The translations under genes were made by a program, and so were the position numbers. Below are positions 25,068 to 30,846 of a DNA stretch of 30,846 nt, piece after piece. Within the stretch, counting starts at the first letter, position 1. The number at the start of each line of letters is the position of its first letter. Location of the stretch: contig JAQGDQ010001654.1 of assembly GCA_030141605.1 (NCBI GenBank), positions 1 through 30,846 of the forward strand, written 5' to 3'. The stretch comes from Tubiluchus corallicola (lineage: Eukaryota; Animalia; Priapulida). Below the pieces are notes generated by a model. It did not search any database. It was not told where the DNA came from and saw only the letters and a program-made list of their open reading frames with translations.

Positions 25068-25832
25068 GGGCGTATTAACCAACAGGTTATCTGGCCTGTA
25101 GCTTAGGGCGCTAAAGTTTGAGGGGCGTCAAGTTTTAGAAGAAATCTTATTCTCCTCGAAAAATGTGTATGTATACTTTCACATTTATGTAAAGGACGCA
25201 TTTTATAGTACACCACAGGCAGTTACTGAGCGCAGTTTTTATGTAAGTCACTTAATGAGCAGTTGTGATGTGAAGAGTGTGGTAAAGCAAAGGCGTCTGC
25301 CTCATCAGTTCAGTAACTTCAGCTGTTTTACATGGTAAAAGCTTTTACATGGTCAAAGCGACTTCACTACAACCGTTACACGTGTAAAGCAAAGCCGTCT
25401 GCCGCATCAGTTTAATAACTTCAGTTTTTTAAAGTGCACTTCACTTAATTATGCATTAGTCTGTGTGTAGAGTGATTTACTAGCAGGATCTTGCTTAGGA
25501 AGAAGAAGAAATGAACTAGGTAAGGTTCTAGCTAGCTGTTAAAACAGTTACTATTACAATAGCATGTACTGCGAGGCGTTGTCAAGTATACACAAATGCT
25601 TTAAACAATGCAAGGTATTACATAACAAGCAGTTGAGAATTCTGCTTGAATGTAAGCGTCATGCAAATACATGTAATTAATAAAGACCATTTAGAAACTG
25701 GGTTATTAGTGATTCTAATACACCACAAGTAGTTGTTTAACCTGCTCATTACATAAAAAATCATAAATTCAGAATGGAGATGGGCTCGACAAAACTATCA
25801 GCCTAGGGCATCGTAAAGTGTTGACACGCCCC
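25068..25832. mobile_element. Possible degenerate hAT-like MITE with family R nested inside
   Basis: agggcgtattaac ... gttgacacgcccc imperfect TIRs; gc.tagggc subterminal motif at both ends; c(c/t)aggccc near both flanks. Confidence 0.4.
25280..25599 (-). repeat. Dispersed repeat family R
   Basis: 25368-25599 is the reverse complement of 11127-11365; an extra core copy lies at 25280-25334. Confidence 0.8.
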
Positions 25833-25925
25833 AATCTAGGCCCTAGGCCTATTCTCAGCTTTCACTTGAATACGCACAGAAACTTCTTAAACAGTTTGAG
25901 GTAATATTCTCCCGTTTTAATTACT

Positions 25926-26550
<625 letters not shown>

Positions 26551-26940
26551 GTACTGCTTTCATCACCAGACACATCAGCTAAAACATTGTTGTCGTCTCT
26601 TGTTAGACTGCGAGTGAAATGCGCGTCGGTTTCTTCTCTTAACCAAGATTTACAATCCGCAAATAGACGTTCTGATGATTCAGGTTCAACTCTTTACTTC
26701 AAATCTCTCATAAAATTACTTTTCGTGGAAAATTCTTCTGTACAAAAAATTTGATCTGCTGCTCCCGTGTAAATAAAATTTCTCTGTTTTCTAGGTATTT
26801 GAAAATCTTTCCACTTATTGGCCTTTGGTCTCTATAAATAATTCCCAGTATTGTAATTCCTCGTTAAGTTCGATCGTTATTAAATGTTCAAAGTTTATCA
26901 GATATAAGTGAACTATTCTCAAAGGTTTTTAGTAATGGTT

Positions 26941-27715
26941 CAGTGGCGGATCGTGTATAGGTACTGTGTGGAACTGCAGCACCCCCTATTTTCACTCAAT
27001 ATTATCGATAATATTCAATATAATAAGTCTTTTTTCTTTAGTTCTTTCTTTATACTAGTACAGTCCAGAGCACGTGAGGGTAGTACTGTTTGCTTCACAG
27101 CTCCAGCAACGTGGTGTTTGGATGCCGCGTGCATGCGCATTGTCTGCGCGCAGGTAGAGAAAGTACTGTTGCTCACACAGTTTTGTTGTCAGTTGTCACC
27201 TGCTTACAGTGAATGGATCAAGCTTTAACTGCAGCGCCCCCTATTTTCACTCAATATTATCGATAATATTCAATATAATAAGTCTTTTTTCTTTAGTTCT
27301 TTCTTTATACTTGTACAGTACAGAGCAGGTGAGGGTAGTACTGTTTGCTTCACAGCCCAGCACGGTGGGCTCCAGCAACGTGGTGTTTAGCTGTTGTGCG
27401 CATGCGGCCATGTGCACATGGCTGAGCCCAGGTAGAGAAAGTACTGTCACTCACACAGTTTGGTGTCAGTTGTCACGTGCTTACAGTGGATCAAGCTTGA
27501 ACTGTGACAGTTTAAACTATTAGTAAGCAAAAAATATCTTTTTGTCTAGGATTTTATCAAGTTTGTGTATAGAATTTTGTATGTTTGTTTGGTTAAAATT
27601 ACAATTGCAACATTAAAATTACATAACTGCTTTTTCGTTTTACACAGTATTAAAACAATTGCTAAACATTTTCTGAAGTAGCACCCCCGCTAATTTTAGC
27701 TAGGAGCCGCCACTG
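26941..27715. mobile_element. hAT-like MITE with an internal ~255 bp tandem duplication
   Basis: TIRs CAGTGGCGGATC and GAGCCGCCACTG. The 8-bp flanks taatggtt and tagtgatc differ only by three transitions. 26972-27226 is repeated at 27227-27505. Confidence 0.7.
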
Positions 27716-27805
27716 TAGTGATCGCTCAAAATTCCACCGGTCTTTCGGGATACATTGCTTTTATTTCAGACATGTTTATTTCCTAATACGTTTTGAGATT
27801 CGTGA

Positions 27806-27990
27806 ATCGCCGACTGTAAATAACAACCTACAACTACATAACAGAGACTATTATTACCCCACTTTTACCCTAAATACCACGCGTCATACAGGGCAACAGC
27901 ATGTACCATTTTTGGTATGACCAGGCCGCTGGTTCGAACTCACGATCTCCCAGACGGAAAGCAGACGCGTTACCAATAGACTAAACCATC
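27806..27990 (-). mobile_element. tRNA-derived SINE with Meta-domain-like core, 3'-truncated
   Basis: Minus strand: A-box-like tggtttagtctattggt, B-box gagttcgaacc, then ggtcataccaaaaatggtacatgctg, which resembles the MetaSINE core as I recall it. The downstream part is shared with 3412-3478. Confidence 0.7.
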
Positions 27991-28511
27991 TAAATTATAG
28001 ACGGCGCAAAATGATGAAAAAATGCGTAATCCTACGAATTTAATTTAATAAAGTTTACTATTTTACTTAAAAGAGATTCCACTGTTTTTACCTTAGTCTA
28101 ACAGAATGTCTGAATAGCATGTAAGTTGTATTTCCGTTTTTTCCACTTAAATTTTGACGTGATGGTCGAAATCAGAACATTTCAGAATTTTTCAAAAATT
28201 CGATCGAACTACAGAGAGGAATTTCAGGAGACTCCGTGCCAAACCAAGCGTGGTGGTTACCCTAGTACTAAACCTAACAACTAAATACTGTGCTTTAGTA
28301 TTCATTTTTCTGCAGTGCTTTTTTACAACACCTTTATGACAACAATTGAAATTTCAATTCACCGCGCATGTTTTTCCAGTTCTGTTAGAATGGCAGAATT
28401 CTTATTTTTTAGTTAACTGTACATTAACTCCATTGTTACCTGTTCTTTTTGCAATAAACTTGACATTATTTCAATAACAATGGAAATTTAAGTAATCAAT
28501 CATTTTGAGTA

Positions 28512-29275
28512 ACACGGTGCTACGTAATATTTTGCCTTAGAACACCTGCCATTCGGTGTTGTTCTTAATCATTCACGGTGTTATGCAAGGCTAAGTCTTC
28601 GGACCGCTCTTGTTTAAACTGTACATAATATTTTGCCTTGGATTACCTGCAATTCGGTGCTGTTCTTAATCATTCACAGTGTTACGCAGGGCTAAGTCTT
28701 CGGACCGCTCTTGTTTAAACTGTACATAATATTTTGCCTTAGAACAACGGCCATTCGGTGCGGTTCTTAATCATTCACGGTGTTATGCAAGGCTAAGTCT
28801 TCGGACCGCTTTTGTTTAAACTGTACATAATAATTTACCTTAGAACGCCTGCCATTCGGTGTTGTTCTTAATCATTCATGGTGTTATGCAAGGCTAAGTC
28901 TTTGGACCACTTTTGTTTAAACTGTACATAATAATTTACCTTAGAACACCTGCCATTCGGTTCTGTTCTTAATCATTCACGGTGTTATGCAAGGCTAAGT
29001 CTTAGGACCGCTCTTGTTTAAACTGTACATAATAATTTACCTTAGAACACCTGCCATTCGGTGCTGTTCTTAATCATTCACGGTGTTATGCAAGGCTAAG
29101 TCTTCGGACCACTCTTGCTTAAACTGTACATAATATTTTACCTGAGAACAACGGCCATTCGGTGCTGTTCTTAATCATTCAGGGTGTTATGCAAGGGTAA
29201 GTCTTCGGACCGCCTTTGTTTAAACTGTACATAATAATTTAGCCTTGTAATACCTGCCATTCTGTGTTGTTTCTG
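28512..29275. repeat. 101-bp tandem repeat, about 7.5 copies
   Basis: attcggt recurs at 28551, 28652, 28753, 28854, 28955, 29056 and 29157. Confidence 0.95.
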
Positions 29276-29638
29276 ATCGGTCACTTTGTTATTTTCTACT
29301 CACGCGTAAGTTTTTCCGACGCGCAGACTAAATTCCGTGGATTCATCGCTTCTCGCCTAATAAATCACATTTAATCTAAAAAGTAAAGACTCCGATCGGG
29401 ACATTATAGCTAATCAACGACTATTTTGCTCGGCTTGATTTACAGCTTACGAGCTGCAACCACATTAACAGCCAGAAATTGAAGCCATGCTTGTTCATTG
29501 TATCTGAGTGGACACAGGATAATAGGGCCTTGGTCAAACAGTGAAGCATGCCCTGAGCGAGCTAGCAAATCATTTTATTCTGATAGTATTACTTGTATTG
29601 CTATGACTGTAGAAGTAGCAAAACTTCTAGTAGTAATT

Positions 29639-29671
29639 GCAGCAGCAGCAGCAGCACCAGCAGCAGCAGCT

Positions 29672-29750
<79 letters not shown>

Positions 29751-29759
29751 CATCAGCAT

Positions 29760-29833
<74 letters not shown>

Positions 29834-29843
29834 CTACTACTAC

Positions 29844-29883
<40 letters not shown>
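29639..29883. repeat. (GCA)n/(GTA)n compound microsatellite
   Basis: Seen directly in the sequence. Confidence 0.99.
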
Positions 29884-29889
29884 CATAGC

Positions 29890-30060
29890 AGTCTACGTAA
29901 AACATCTGAAGTTACTGAACCGATGCGACAGAGCGACACACGTCTATTCTTTACCCACATGTCACGTGACGATTGTAGTTAAGACGCGTTGCTGTGGTAC
30001 ACTCAACTTTTGACTTGTAGCAACTGCGCGTGCGCACAACGAAACTGTGAAGCCTTATTG
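29890..30060 (+). repeat. Dispersed repeat family R
   Basis: ctgaagttactgaaccgatgcgacag...gtcacgtgacgattgtagtt...gcaactgcgcgtgcgcacaacgaaactgtga, as at 11430-11662. Confidence 0.75.
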
Positions 30061-30648
30061 TCGACAATCAAAGTTTCTACGTCAATAAAATCGGGTCGCG
30101 GATTACCAAATGAAGCCTGTACTCATACATTATGCAAATGACCTTGAATTTCATTTCAACATCTTTGTCATGCAAATCTCATCAGAGTGAAAAAGTCGGG
30201 GTTTCTTTTTCTCTCTCTTTCACGTAATTACTCGACGAAGCCAGGAACAATACCATTGCAACTTCTTCGAAGGCATTAGCCATACGTGCCAGACAGGGGA
30301 TTAACAATTAGGAGTAATGACTGTACAAGGAAGTAGTCCCGGCGCATTAATCCTAATTTTCTGACCAGATCAACAATTGCGGCTGTTTACAAATGGACGA
30401 ATCGATACGGAACTGATGAGCAGATCTGGGTCACGTTCGGTTGTACCATTTCCGGCAGTAAGATCCGTGTTAGCGTCGTAACTCCACTACTGGGCGTGGG
30501 CGTTCTCCAACTTATTTCAATTGTGTACAGGTTCGTCCAAAAAAAAACGTTCTGGCAACTCGTGTGTTCTAAGCAAAACTAACAATCTTATAGTTCGGTG
30601 TATTTGTTGTAAGTGATAATACTAATAAATAAAATCATAAATAAATAT

Positions 30649-30846
<198 letters not shown>

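Noticed and set aside
30230-30570. CpG-richer stretch as the receptor promoter or first exon
   Set aside because: No diagnostic motif or unambiguous splice donor; it cannot be supported without transcript data.

Overview
AT-rich, repeat-dense animal genomic DNA, probably a lophotrochozoan invertebrate (inferred from the 5S-like sequence; not provable here). The only credible host gene is a thyrotropin-releasing hormone receptor-type GPCR on the minus strand. It has two coding exons (22984-22166 and 12507-12217, 369 aa spliced), separated by a ~9.66 kb phase-0 intron that holds two related satellite arrays and a piggyBac-type MITE. The most unusual element is a chimeric SINE present as two full copies and one partial copy (1129-1672, 4359-4908, 4909-5101). 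It has a complete 5S rRNA head without a terminator, a GC-rich body, and a tail encoding an RTE-LINE-like C-terminus (SRIGLLSHSRRC), followed by a 3' stem-loop and (CAA)n. The window also contains two degenerate LINE fragments, a split tRNA-derived MetaSINE-like element, a pseudo-tRNA, a 1.2 kb CRE-rich palindrome inside a tandem duplication, hAT-like MITEs, 43/56/70/101-bp tandem arrays and many microsatellites. Most other ORFs in the supplied track are repeat artefacts. All alignments and counts were done by eye.
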